A stretch of DNA of 64,000 nucleotides from Botryllus schlosseri (lineage: Eukaryota). This document shows positions 12,076-25,256 of the stretch, in pieces. The notes under the pieces are model-generated. The model ran no database searches and was not told the DNA's origin. It worked only from the letters and a program-made list of their open reading frames with translations. Made by a program: the position numbers and the translations under genes. Each line of letters opens with the position of its first letter. Within the stretch, counting starts at the first letter, position 1. Location: the NCBI GenBank assembly GCA_051294905.1, contig CM119371.1:27096001-27160000 (forward strand). The letters run 5' to 3'.

Positions 12076-14755
12076 TAGGGCGATTTTTTTGACATGTCAA
12101 AAAAAGTCAAAATTAGGTCAAAATTGTAGCGTTAGGTCAAAATTTGTCAAAATTGTTTACAAAATTTGTCAAAATTGTTTACAGAGTCAAACATTTTTTG
12201 ACCTCTGCATTTCGTTTGTATCGTAGATTTTGCGCTGTCGGTAAACTTATCATTTGATATTTTACAGCTTGTAGCCTACTTTATAGGCCTACCGTTGTAA
12301 ACGGACCATCGTCTGCTCATTGTGAATCATAAAGGGACAAATGAAACAAATATGGACATTAGGGTTATGACTAAAAAAAAAATTTTGCCTGTAGCAGGAA
12401 TTGATGAACATTTTGGTATAAATTAATAAAATTATAATCATTTTGTTCAAATCGAAAAAAATGTCCCGCACAAACTAACATCAATTTTCGACACTGGTCC
12501 AAATATGGAAAAAATTTAAAATTCAAAGATATTCTTTGCTACAAATTTGATCTTCAAATATATGTCCTTTTACATTTATTGTAAAGTTCATTCATCAATT
12601 TGACTTCCCTTTCTGTTATTATGTTAAAGCCAGGGACATCTACGACGGACATATCCGACTTCCAATGGGGTTTTGGGGCACTTTATCGCTGCAGGACATT
12701 CGACCGCAAAGATAGCAGCAAATAATCTTTGATATATTCTAGAGCCCGACCGATATTGGATTTTTGGGTCGATACCGATAAAACCAATATCTCACACCTT
12801 AGCCGATAACCCCAATACATTCAGCCGATATTCAAAAGAAGTTGGATGTATAGCCTACATAAGCAAATCTTCAGAGGGCATTTATTTGAATTGAACATCT
12901 TTACAGCTATTGTTACACTTGAACATGAAATGCACTAGAAAGGCTGCATCTGGACACCTGTAAAGTGTAAGCTATATGAAATATATCAATATTCTCAGTC
13001 TAGCGATCAAAGATTATAGTTTTCTGGCTTCCTTCCGCCATGTTGTGACGTCACACGCAAATTGCCGTTAATTTTTCAACTCCAATGGCCGATACCGATA
13101 ATTCTTTCAAAGTGTGATATCGTCTCGATATTATCGACGAACAGATAATCGGTCGGGCTCTAGTATATTCCATCTTTAGACATCTGGTTAGAATACCAGT
13201 CTTCCTGACACGCATTCGCGATAAATAAGCCTCTTTAGAGTTATTCTCTATCTGAGGAAGTGGAAGTACGCAACGCAACCCTTGAGCACCCTCTCGCATT
13301 GCGTAGAGATGGAAGTTTATGCCATTTGTCAGTGGTAATCTATACTATTTTATTTGAAAGAACGGCATGCTCTGCACATGCCATAGATAAACTTAAAATC
13401 ATCTATACATCCTCGGTTTTCTAATATTTTCATCTGAAATTCGTGCTTGGTGGACTGCACCTAGTTTTCGTAGTGTTTTACCACATCATCTCAATTTGTA
13501 GCTGAGAGTTGGATTTCTTCAAGACGTTGGACCGAAGAACTTTAATATATGCTTTAAGAATCGATAATATGATGTTGGCAAGGGATATGAAAACCCATGC
13601 TCATCATTGCATTTCGCAGTTTCGAAACAACGCCATTCTGCCGTCCAGGATCAACAGATGCTACGGTGTCACATATGATATATGAGTTTTTCAAATTTTC
13701 CTGTACATCATATTCTTCTAAGCATTTTTCTAGACCGCTGAAAATACCTAGAGTTGTTCTACTTTCGCCTTTTCGAACACCCAGTTTGATTTTTGCCAGA
13801 CAAATTGAAATTATACGATATATACAGTCTACATCTAAAATCGGAATTAATAATTATTTATTAATTATTTAATATTGACTGTAAACAAGAACACGATAGG
13901 AATAATTCAATCTGGGCGTTCAAAATGTGCCAAAATACTATTTTAAATCTTCGCAATTGGAATTGGGTCACTTAAATTCAAATCAGTAGATAAATAAATT
14001 ATATAGTCTGTATCTACAAAAGAAAGCCTATCCTCCATACAGTGAAAACTGGAAATTTTTTGTGCGGGAGGTTTTTGTTCAAACAGTCTTAACTTTTGTG
14101 AGTTTTGAAATCAGGACACAAAAGCTCATCATTTGTGACTACAGGCCACACAAAATTTTGAAATTTTTTTTCTACTCATAACCCTAATGGACATGGTTTT
14201 ATGGTCAACGTACCACAATATCCTAGCTGAAGCAAGAATGCTTGGACATTGCATGGTTCTTATATCAAGAAGCGCAAGCTTAAAAATTGTGATATAGACA
14301 ACATTGTCAGAATGAAGCAACACGGTTTGTCACCAGCAGTGTGCGCACAACTTGAGTGTTGTCAGCCAACAAATGCTGCTGTTGAACGTTCTTTCTCCGT
14401 TCTTGGCAAGCTACGTAGTAAGGACAGACACTTTCTACCCGAAAATGTAGGAAAGGATCTTTCGTTGTACTACAACAAATTTTAATTATTTCCACCAGAA
14501 TACGTAATGTAACTACTGGAATTCTTCATAGAGCCAAAAACGTTTTTTCAGGCCAATCTACTTTGTAAGGACAGACAGTTCCAACCAGAAATGAAGATAA
14601 GTAGTACAATTTTAACATTATATGCGAAAACAAATAATTTGCATACGTGAGGTCAAAATTTGGTCAAATTTCAGTTTTTTTAAGTCAAAAAAGGTCAAAA
14701 TTTAGATTTTTTAGGTCAAAATCTTCCATGTTTTAGGTCAAAAAAAATTGCCCTA
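12076..14755 (+). mobile_element. Degenerate hAT transposon with C-terminal dimerisation-domain remnant (14249-14485)
   Basis: TIR TAGGGC(G/A)ATTTTTTT; 8-bp TSD GTCATTAT/GTCATTAC; GGTCAAAA subterminal repeats; peptide CCQPTNAAVERSFSVLGKLRSKDR; empty site in unit B at ~16500. Confidence 0.88.
12740..13162. mobile_element. hAT MITE nested in the 12076-14755 element
   Basis: TIR TAGAGCCCGACCGAT at both ends; TSD ATATATTC/GTATATTC; CCGATA subterminal repeats. Confidence 0.85.
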
Positions 14756-15290
14756 GTCATTACCAAAGTTGTCATACCTGCTGGCTTGATAACGAGTCTT
14801 TCAGTTTTCGCAGCAAACTTCTAAACTCGGTTAGTTCCTATGATATAATCTTGCTCTTGCAGCATGCAGTCTTTAAGCAGCATCCTAAAATTAGAAGAAA
14901 ATCAGAGAAAGAGAGGCATGGACTTGATTTAAATTTGACTACTTGGTATTAATGCAAAACACGAAACGTTTTCTAGTTGGGCAATATTGACTTTCAGAAT
15001 GGATTCAAAGCGACCGCAGATACAGGTCTGATTAGAAAACCTTGACTTGCCTTATACATGGAAATTAGCAAATTAGCTGGATACTAATGATTACCTTGCA
15101 ATATGTGCTGTTTGATAACGATCCATCACTGTTTCGCAGCATACGGTTTTATGGTTCAATGCGACGTCGACTTGGTTGAAATGCCCTGACATGATCTTGT
15201 ATAGTAGCATCCTAAAATTGAAATTATAACCATGAGATATAAACGTTTAGTTGACAATTTGGATTGGATTCTAAACTCATCTGATATGTG

Positions 15291-15938
15291 CGCTGGGGGT
15301 TTTCAAAAATGGATTTTTTTCTCAAATCGTACTGGCTACTTGATAAAATTGTAAGGTTACCTAATTTAAGCCTGCACACCAAATTTGGTTCGATTCCAAC
15401 CAGTAGCTACAGGAGAAGAAAGTTTTTTATTTATTATATGAAAATAAATAAAAGAAGATTTGAAATTTTCTGTTCACCATATTAAATTGTTAGGTTTTCT
15501 ATAGAAACATTGCTCAACCGATTTGGCTCAATTCCAACTAGTGGAAGCGGAGTTATTGCCGTTGAAAAATATTGGATTTTAATATAATAGTATTTTTACG
15601 GTGACCGATTCTTTAATCAGTTATTACAGCTGTGCCCACCGTAAATACTATTTTATTCAAATCCAAATTTTTCGACATCAGTAACTCCGCTCCGGCTGGT
15701 TTGAATTGTGGCAAATTTGGTGGGCATCGTTTATAGACAACAATTTCATGGGTGAACAGAAAATTTTGACTCATTTTAATATAATAAATTAAAAAAACTT
15801 TGTTCTCCAGTAGCAATGCGGCTGCTGGTTGGAATCAAACCAAATTTAGTGTGCAAGCTTCAATAAGGTAACCTAACAATTTTATCAAGTAGCGAGTAGA
15901 ATTTGAGAATAAAAAGTCATTTTTGAACACCCCTACTG
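15291..15938. mobile_element. Second copy of the palindromic Tc1/mariner-type MITE
   Basis: Collinear with 10853-11519; degenerate left TIR, right end CACCCCTACTG. Confidence 0.85.
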
Positions 15939-16802
15939 CACCGCAAGCTTGGCTCGTTTCGCATTCTGCAGTTCTCCTGTAGCCTTTTCAGGAAACCCAG
16001 ACATTAGATTAGAATTAAAATAACCGTAGACCATAGAAAGATTTCATCAATTCGATTAGAATTAGAATTAGAGCATAGAAACATTTCACAAATCAGAATA
16101 GTTTCAATCAGTATAATTAGACAACTAGAATATCTAGTTGTCAAAGTCTAGCAACACCACCTGTACCAGGAATAACTGAATATATTTTTGAAGATTGTTC
16201 CTGTTAGTAGTGTCATATGCCATTAGTAATTTTATATTAGTCGCGAAGATTCATATTGCAATTTTCAAAGTACAAACTTCCGAAAAACTACTTACCATAC
16301 TTGACTATTTTTCCGACATTTCGTATTCTACTTCCACTTGACGTAGTTTTGACTTGTATTGGGAACTGTTGCATCTACTTGTAATCGAGTATAAATTGAC
16401 GGGGTATTTCTACATAGACTTGAGTAGCAACGCTAGTAACTTTGACCATCTCTGCTTTGGTTTACTTCATATATGCGACTACGAAAGTTGACATCAGGTG
16501 TCGTTAACAAAGTTGTCATACCCGCTGGCTTGATAACGAGTCTTTTAGTTGTCGCAGCACACTCCTAAACTCGGTTAGTTCCAGTGATATAATCTTGCTC
16601 TTGGAGCATGCAGTCTTTAAGCAGCATCCTAAAATTTAAAAAATAATCAGAGAAAGAGATGCATTGACTTGATTTAAATTTGACTACTTGGTATTAATCC
16701 AAAACACGAAACGTTTTCTAGTTGGGCAATATTGACTTTCAGAATGGATTCAAAGCGACCGCAGATATAGGTCTGATTAGGAAACCTTGACTTGCCTTAG
16801 CC

Positions 16803-17165
16803 CAGTGGTTCCCAACCTTTTTCGACCCATCGCCCCCTTTTCAAGGTCAACACCGATCATCGCCCCAAAAATTTTGTGTACCGAAAATTGGGCATACAAA
16901 CTGTAATCACCGGCGGGTTGACTAAAAAAAAAGGTCAAATTTTCGGCTCGATGGCTAATTTGACATACTTTTGTAACTAAATTTCCGTGGGTTGACTAAA
17001 AAAAAAGGCCAGCCGTTTTGACGCGTCATCGCCCCCCTATCGCCCCTTCCTATTTTCGCCCTCCGTCGCCCCCTTTGTCCATTTTCGCCCCCTTCGTCAT
17101 TTTCGCTCCCCTAGACCGCCAATTCGCCCCCTGGGGGGCGATATCGCCCACGTTGGGAACCACTG
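16803..17165. mobile_element. hAT MITE with TCGCCCCC subterminal repeats
   Basis: TIR CAGTGGTTCCCAAC; TSD CCTTAGCC/CTTTAGCC; absent from unit A (~15050). Confidence 0.9.
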
Positions 17166-18134
17166 CTTTAGCCTATACATGGAAATTTGCAAATTAGCTG
17201 AAAGATAATGATTACATTGGAATATAAGCTGTTTGATAACGATCCTTTACTGTTTCGCAGCATACGCTTCTAACGTTAAATGTGACATCGATTTGGTTGA
17301 AATTCCATGATATTAGCTTGTATAGCAGCATCCTAAAATTGAAAAAATAACCATGAGGCATGCGGTAAACGTTTAGTTGACAATTTGGATTGGATTCGAA
17401 AGGCCCACGACATCCGAAATGTGTACTGATGTTGTAGCCTTGACTTGCTTTATGCTTGTAAATAAGCGAGTTAAAGTACAATTTTGTAACTATCCTACGC
17501 ATAGTATATTACTCACCAACAACATATTTGATTTCACATTCACAGAGTAAGAGTCTGGTATTAATAGCAATCAGTCCTTGAATCTAACAAAAAGCAGATT
17601 TGTGCATATGCACAGATCGTGTGTATGTCATATCATGAGTCAAGAAGTGCATATATTATGATTTGTTTATATTGATCGAAAGGATAGTTTGATAAACTTT
17701 GGCAAGGCTATGTTTGCCTCTTCATATTGGTCAAAACATTGAAGACCCAGCTAATCCGTGCATTGTTGCACACCGAGTTGACCGCAGTAGTGCGCATTGC
17801 TACTCAAGCGATAGATGTCAATTTCTACTCAATGACAAGCATATAGAAGTGGCAATGTCAAATCCATGTCAAGCTGCTTCAAATTAAAATAAATATATGA
17901 ACAGAACTCAGAGAAGTAGTTTCAAAAGAAGTAGTCTGGTTGATGGGTCACATACTCTTAACAGATAGTCTGAGTTGGCCACTGCAAAATATGTTCAATG
18001 AGGTAAGCCTGTTCCTAGTCAAGTCTCTCATATTCATAGTGATAGCAATATAGCATCGTCATGTTTTCACCCATGTCATAATATCATTAACATTTACTGG
18101 CCCCAATTTACGGGGATCGAAAGCTTTCATTATA

Positions 18135-18713
18135 GAATGTAAACGTGGAATGGCAGCGACCGATTTTGCAGCTTCGTTCCGCTTCGCTGAAGCTTTACTA
18201 AGACTTATTTTACGGCAGCTACTGTAGGATTTCTTGCAATCCAAAAGTTGTCTTCCAGAGCTCAGAATTTACTGGACCTAGTCTTGATCGAAAGCCACTG
18301 TCGTACTGATTCCGAAAATGTAAATAAAAATATGATCAGGCACTGAACCGCTTAGAATTCGCCCTCCAAGTCTGAATTATCGGCATTGTCCGAACAATCG
18401 AAGAGCCGCAATGGGTCATTGTTATGGTCATTGTTTTGCGGTCATCCGATTGTTCTAAACAATGCAGATTTTAGATGTTGAGGGTGGATTTTCATCTCAG
18501 TACGGTGCTTCACCATATTTTGATTGATATTTTCGAAATCAGTGCGACAGTAGCTTTCGATCAAGACCGGATTCAGTAAATTCTGAGCTCTGGAAGACAA
18601 CTTTTGGACTGCCAGAAATTCTACAGTAGCTGCAGTAAAATAAGTCTGAGTAAAGCTTCAGCGAAGCGGAACGAAGCTGCAAAATCGGTCGCTGCCATTC
18701 CACGTTTACATTC
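18135..18713. repeat. Imperfect inverted repeat, ~185-bp arms (18135-18319, 18529-18713), ~210-bp spacer
   Basis: Arms are reverse complements with scattered mismatches; mirrored ORFs at 18059-18244(-) and 18604-18879(+). Confidence 0.88.
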
Positions 18714-20769
18714 CATACTTTCATCAAATGTCCATTGCTCACCTCAGATACCATTGCTTCATATGCTTCAGCCCTTTGCTGTTTGTATGTTACACTTGTT
18801 TTCTCATGAGGAGAAATCAATAATTTCATTCTTCAAGAGCCCCAAATTTGCGATCTTTGCCCATGCAAGTCTGAAGTAGAATAGATAATATGTTTACCTT
18901 CCTACCATAACATAACATAATATATAATGTGTATATAGCTCAGTGATAATGACAGGGTGATAGGCCTATAAACATAGCTCTGCATAGTCAGTGGTAGGCT
19001 ACCCTTTACACTTAAACAGGTCGTGATGTGCTTTGGTAATCAATATAACGACAATCGAGTCGATTTTTTTTTCAATGCACTTACGAACGATGTCGCTCAA
19101 ACCCAAATTACCGTAGTTTATAATCATAGCTAATGCTGGACCTGTCAACAGTATCTCCATTAGAGACATTGAGCTACTGTATCTTGGAACTTGGTATCGG
19201 TACTGGTGATACAACAATTTATGTGAATTCAATGTATCGTCACTACCGGTACGTTTAAAATTCCAACTTGCTACATATAATTCTGTTCAGTACAGCTGCG
19301 ACACTGAGTAACAGGAATCGGATCTGTACTGGAAACGCAACGGAACAAATGTTCTTTACTACAATAGTACAGATACGAAATGTAGCTCACCATCCAGATA
19401 TTTTCAATCTCGAAAGAGGCTTTCTTCACAGATTCACGACGACTAATGCGGTCAGTCGATAGCCAGTCTGGTCTCTTAAGCGCGGAAATACGGCATATAA
19501 CGAAACATTTTACATAGCTGTAGCCAAACATAGCAGCAGCTGTTCTGGTGACGACGGTTTGTATATTCCATTATGATGTGACAATTGACTCACTGATGTA
19601 ATAACTATATTGAAGTTAAGGATCTCCGGCATATTTGTATGTATACTATAATTGATTTATCGGAAATATGGATTTGATAGCTGTGAAGCTGCAGATTGCA
19701 TCATAATAAGCTTCAAAAAGTCTTGCAGTACTAGATTTATGTTCATAGATCGAACCATTGATACGATCCGAAAGCTGTATGCGAATTGTCGGTTAGGCTT
19801 AGTGTGCAATTCATAAAGCTACCAAATAGTGAATAACACATCAATATAGATATGAAAATAACCAGGAAACTTTGCCCAATTTAGTCCCTCTTTCGCCCAA
19901 TTCAATGATTGTTCCGTGACGTAACCTGGTGTTCCATTCTAATTTGAATTCTTGCTACGCCCATATTGCGTACTGCTCATATAAGTTTGTGGCTGAAATT
20001 TAACTCCTTCTAGTATTCCCAGCTCTAAATACCCTTAACCTGCATTATATTGTGGTTATACACTAATGCTGTGCGGAATAGGCCCGATATATTTTGTACA
20101 TATAGGCTACGTACAATGTACAATTGTGCATTTGACGTGACATGAAAGAAATTATAAACCGGTATCGTGACAACTTCATAATGTGTCGTATTTTTGCCAC
20201 ACACTTGAGATATACATCGGTCACACTATAGTAGACAGGGTGAAATTTCAGCCAAAGTACGAGTACCGCAGTGCACGATAAATGTGCATTACAATATGAT
20301 ATTGCGGACTTAGCTATTATTAATTCATGTCAATGTAGCACACGAACTTATACAACGAATGCTTATTTGTCACTGAAGCTGAAACTATATGCGTAGGCGA
20401 ATTTACTTGATCAAACCGGGTTAAATCCATAAAAACTGAACAATGGAACATTGCCGAAGCCTACCCAAGAAGCCTTAAAGACATGGACAACAATAAAGTG
20501 GGCGAAAACACGCATTTTCGGTGGATAATTCAACCCCAAAGAGAATATGTCCTACACGACCTACAGTTAGACACAGCAGAGAAGTTCTCAAGTGCCCACT
20601 GCCCATACAATGATCAGTACAGTGATTCGACTGAATTTTTAACAAGAATGCCGACTTGCCGCACCCCTGCCTGCTTAACCAGGCTTCTGACCGACACAGA
20701 CTTAAAACTTCAACAGTCAAGTTTTGTGGAAGCGGCTAGCGCGGATTGAATCCCAAACTTCATATTTGT

Positions 20770-21187
20770 CTGACAAAAGGTGTAATCTTTAACAATTCAC
20801 CCCAAATGCCAATGCTTGGGGTGTATATCTTATGGTATATGTGTGTAGGGGTGTGTTCGGCTCATTTCCACCAATAGCTTAGGTGTAAATGACAAATTTA
20901 GTACCCAATAGGTGTGATGACCCAAAACACACCCTACGCTAGGGTGTGAATTGCGAAAACACACCATTTTCGTTTACAGTGTAGTGGGTACTATTGGTGT
21001 ACCATCCCCCGAAATCCCGAACTACATCCCTGAAATATCTCTAGTATTTGTGTGAGTGACTCAATTTCATCCATTGGGATGGGTGCGAAAGCACAATTTG
21101 GGTATCTGAAAGTGCCGCTTATCTGATATGCTCCCAAAGCTATGGTGGAAATCATTACTTCTATTTCCAATCAATGGATTTACAGTG
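20770..21187. mobile_element. Two adjacent CACTG-type (EnSpm/CMC-like) element ends
   Basis: ..TTTACAGTG|TA ends at 20981 and 21187; GGTGT subterminal repeats; a left-type end CACTGTAAA is at 32542. Confidence 0.45.
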
Positions 21188-21223
21188 TAAGAAGTTTCGT
21201 AATTCACTTACATGTTATTTTAG

Positions 21224-22126
21224 CGGTTTCTAAGCTCCTAAGGCTCGCGCAGAGGATCGCAGATGTCTTTAATTTGAATAAGGACTTCTGTTGAGTTTCA
21301 GTGAATTGAAATAACAACCAATATCGCATACTTTTTAGCACCTTCGGAAGCGATCTCTAAACTGCATCAAGCGCTACAGTACAATGCGGAAGGAAAAGTT
21401 GCAGGATACCGATGGGACAGTGAGTGCAGATGGACTTCATAATTTTTCAAGACTATAGCGGCAAACACTCGGGTCATTTTCACATAGATTCTACAACCAT
21501 TTCCGATAACTGGAAGATCCTGGATGTTCTTCCTATAAGCAGATGTAAGACTTTTTCGCATTCTTGAAGTAAACGAAGTTAGATTATTTACGATGTCTTC
21601 AAGTTATTTCGAACGCGCAGAAAAGAGTAACAGCTCTCAGGGCGAGGGCGGAATTTTGTCGTGTAACGTACCAGGAAAAGTGCTTCTGGATTGAATTCCG
21701 ACACGGGGTTGGGATGACATGTGGAGAAGCCCGTCATATCTGCGCATCGAGCGAGGGCCGGTTGGCTTACGTCTATTCGCCGGAGCATCTTGAGATTTTG
21801 CAATTTTACTTGAGGCCATTGATCCTACGATTGAATCAACTCGAGAATCCAGGTGTCTATAGCTGGATAGGATTTCGTTACAGTTCGGAGGTCTCTTGCA
21901 CGTTTGGCTTGTCTTCTCTCATTTTTTATCAGTTTTCTCGGCTTTTCAGATTCGCACTGTATATGCTGACGGCAGTCCTGCGCCTTACGCGATCTGGGAA
22001 CCTGTGGAGCACAACCAGTGCGCGGTAGTCCGGACGACAATGCGATTGCGTGATGAAGGTCAAGGGTTTTATACTCGCGGCCATATGGAGACCACCGAGA
22101 TTGTTATTTGTGAGGTCGTTCAGTGA
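21224..22126 (+). pseudogene. C-type lectin-like gene, copy 2 (5' exons not found, possibly pseudogene). Exons 21224-21277, 21339-21419, 21488-21544, 21604-21890, 21950-22126
   Basis: Exon-by-exon homology with copy 3; CTLD EFCRVTYQEKCFW..ARHICASSEGRLA..WIGFRYSSE | ..NQC..VICE. The donor homologous to copy 3 intron 4 reads AT at 21278. Homology is strong; pseudogene status is uncertain. Confidence 0.7.
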
Positions 22127-22806
22127 TTGGAATTTAGTATACTCTATGAATTCAATTCATCAGTTCCTTTGACGAATGAATCGATGTTGTGAATCACGAT
22201 TGTACCACAATTTGAGTTTTATTTTCAAGAAAGCAGGAAGTGCCTGAGAGTTACATATTGCCGACAGGCATCCGCGGGCGCCAAGATTCCAATCCTAGAT
22301 TCCAATCCTTTGAGTTAATTTTCACGCTTCTGTTCGATGATTTCGCTTCCGTCCCGTAATTATTAATGGTTCCCAATAGACTGTATATAGCAAGATTATA
22401 TGAGAATTTAACCAGTTTTTTTCACGTGAAAATGAAACGCTGCAGAATTGTAGAATATGATATCCAATAAATAGTATTCAAAGTTTAGTGACCATGATCA
22501 CTTACATGGTGCCATAGTTGTAAACCGTTATTTACCTTGGGAACCCTGATGCTAATTTATAAGACCACAAAAATCACACCACAAAAATCCACCACATTAC
22601 GTTTGTAGCATAAATTACTCGTTTTATACATCACAAATACTCAATATTGTTGTAGAGGCAATAGCCTTCGTGTTTGGAGCTGGCAATAAGAAGGCTAGAA
22701 TTTTGAGGGAGTTGAAATGAACAGAACAACCGATATTAAAAATAACAGTCAATTAGCGCAATGTGATACAACGATTGAGTGTAATCTTTCCAATATGGTG
22801 TCCACC

Positions 22807-22879
22807 GCCTAGATAGCGCAGTAGGCAGCGCGTGAGTCTCATAATCTCAAGGTCGTGAGTTCGATCCTCACACGGGGCA
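22807..22879 (+). tRNA. tRNA-Met(CAT), elongator type; acceptor stem has two mismatches (possible pseudogene)
   Basis: GCCTAGATAGCGCAGTAGGCAGCGCGTGAGTCTCATAATCTCAAGGTCGTGAGTTCGATCCTCACACGGGGCA: 73 nt, CAT anticodon, intact D and T arms, closely resembling animal elongator tRNA-Met. Confidence 0.9.
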
Positions 22880-23962
22880 TGTTCCTATTATGTGATTTGC
22901 ATAAGGTCTGGCGACCAAAATATACATCTTTTGCTTTACTGAAAGGAGCAGATTTTCCCACCCCGTATTCCAGCATTCTTTACGAAAACACAACCTCATA
23001 GATTGCAACTGCACGCACTCAGAAAATCATTGTTTTCTATTGCCGAACTACTTACGTCTGGATAATTTCCATGCTATCATTAATGAGCATGATCCATTCG
23101 CCTGATCTCGTAGTCTTCTGTATTTCATATGGGTTCGATTGTCAGTAAGAGGATATATGTAGGTCATTTTTCATTAGAATAGCGCACCATCATAATATCC
23201 GAAATGCATTTCTTTCGATGTGTGAAGCTTGTGTCACGAGTGTCGTGGAGTTGCTCTCCAAAAAGTTTCGAAATCATTTATTTAAAGATTTAAGGCCACT
23301 TTTCGGCTAACAAAGACACTTCATACGCAGTCACTGTTGTTCCGTTGTTAAGAGGGCTATGTGAGCCAGCAGGAACATTATTTGACACTGTTGCGAAAAA
23401 TATAATATAGATTGTCATCAGGAATGACAAATCCAGCCCACTGGGCGTAAATTTCTGTTCACGATCTCGCACTATCCAATGCCTCAGTCATCGTAGCGCT
23501 GACGAAAGCGAGAATTATAATATTCGCAAGCGCAATAAACATTCAATAGTGATTCAACGATATATTGTACCATGCTTGGTTAATCTTAATTTTGTGTTGT
23601 TGCGTTCTCACTATTAACGTGATGCAGAAATTGATAGGAAGTTGCAAGCAAGGCATTCCTGATATGGATTTTTCTGTATTTCAGTAATTTATTGTAGCGC
23701 AATAGATTAGATAACTTTCTTGGCTTGGCGATGGTGTGTCATCGCTAACCCAATTGTAAAAAATTACAATTAAAGTAATAAAAGACTAGTCAAGAATTGA
23801 ATTGAATTGAATTGAATTGAATTTGAATAATATGTGTCTTCATGTAGCATAATACAAGCCCTACACTTCACTTCAATTTTGCCAGCTCCTTCACGCCGAA
23901 TAGTACGAATGAACTTATTACAAAGGTATTTGCAATGTAACTCAAAGTCAACAGCTCTAGAG

Positions 23963-24938
23963 CAGTGACTCTCAGCCGGGGATCCACGAAGCAATTTCAG
24001 GGGGTCCGTGAGACCTCTAAATTTGCTAAATGATCGATAACCTATTTTTTAAATTGGGGAAAGCATGAAGCAGTTTTCCTCCCCAACTGCTAAAAACTCA
24101 TTATTCACATCATCAGAATAACTTTCTGAGATGAAATATCCTACTGTGAAAATTCATTTTAATTGTCAAATAGCCAATAACCTACAGATACAAACATATT
24201 GCTGTTTAGAGACGTTTTGTTGAAGTTTGCGGAAAAAATAAAAATATGGAGATCTTAAGATCCATCAGGGTGACTTCGTAACGTTTGAGAAACCTTTTCG
24301 ATTTGAAGTTGTCAGTGTCATCAAACTAGTGAACATTCGTTTGAAATAGAAACTCCTGGAGTATGAAGTAGTGTCCCCAATTATTTCCGAATGAAGGGAT
24401 TAAAACCTCGCCAAGAAATCCATTTTATCCTGTGATATACATAACCACTAATTTAGAATAACTTCAAGATGAGATGCTAGATAAAAATGACAAGGCTGGA
24501 CGTGATATGTTAATTAAAAATATGTTTTTTTTCATGATGACACCATAAACGTTGCGATTACACCAAAAGTGTCGTCGGAAGCGTTACGTGTTAATATTAG
24601 ATGAGCCTCCATCTATCTTTGTGGACATGGATTTTCGGCACTCGTTCATATCAAATTGAAGACGCAGATTTTCAAGACCACGTACTTAAAGTAATACAGC
24701 TGCAAAATTAGCTTTGAAATAAGAAAAAGTCTACCCTATTTCTACATATATAGTATGATGCTATTTTCAAGAAAAGTCATTTCTTTGCTGTTATCACAAG
24801 CCTACAGTTCATATCTTCACAAAACAGATGACGGTCGCACCATAATTGAGTCAAATTTCAACTAAAACTTGAGGGGGTTCGCGGGGTCCGTAACGGTCAA
24901 AAAGGGGTTTAGGAAGCCAAAAAGGTTGACAACCACTG
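23963..24938 (+). mobile_element. Internally deleted hAT (Buster/Charlie-like) element
   Basis: Ends CAGTGACTCTCA / TTGACAACCACTG; TSD CTCTAGAG/CTATAGAG; remnant PKVSSEALRV..*ASIYLCGHGFSALVHIK at ~24563-24660 matches the Buster-type C-terminal motif. Confidence 0.8.
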
Positions 24939-25256
24939 CTATAGAGGATCCAACAAGTTAACTATGATAAAAGTATAAGATCATATATGGCGAGATGCCA
25001 ACCATCAAAGTGTGTTAGATATTTAAACCTGCTTGCTACCCGTGGGTTGTTTCATTTCCGTAATTATAACTTGCGAATCACACGTCGTGCAATTAGACGA
25101 ATGTGTATTCGTCCGAGTCCCGTGTTATTAGATGTGTAGACGCAGGCAACATCGAAGAGGCTGCTCATTTTGTAAAAGTGTGTCGTGATAGTCGTTGCGT
25201 CGGTTTGGTTTTGGTGGTTGTACAGTGGTGCATTAAGTTGTCTTCGTAGTATAATC

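Larger units (their letters stand above)
10853..17400. repeat. Tandem segmental duplication: unit A ~10853-15270, unit B ~15291-17400
   Basis: MITE plus ~1.1 kb of downstream sequence repeated collinearly; each unit carries a different later insertion. Confidence 0.85.

Noticed and set aside
13215..13250. Peptide NNSKEAYLSR (minus strand) nearly identical to NNSQEAYLSR at ~45091-45120
   Set aside because: Similarity does not extend on either side and both lie in apparently non-coding TE sequence; treated as chance
18059..18140. EF-hand-like peptide KAFDPRKLGPVNVNDIMTW
   Set aside because: Too short, bounded by stops, and no supported exon structure
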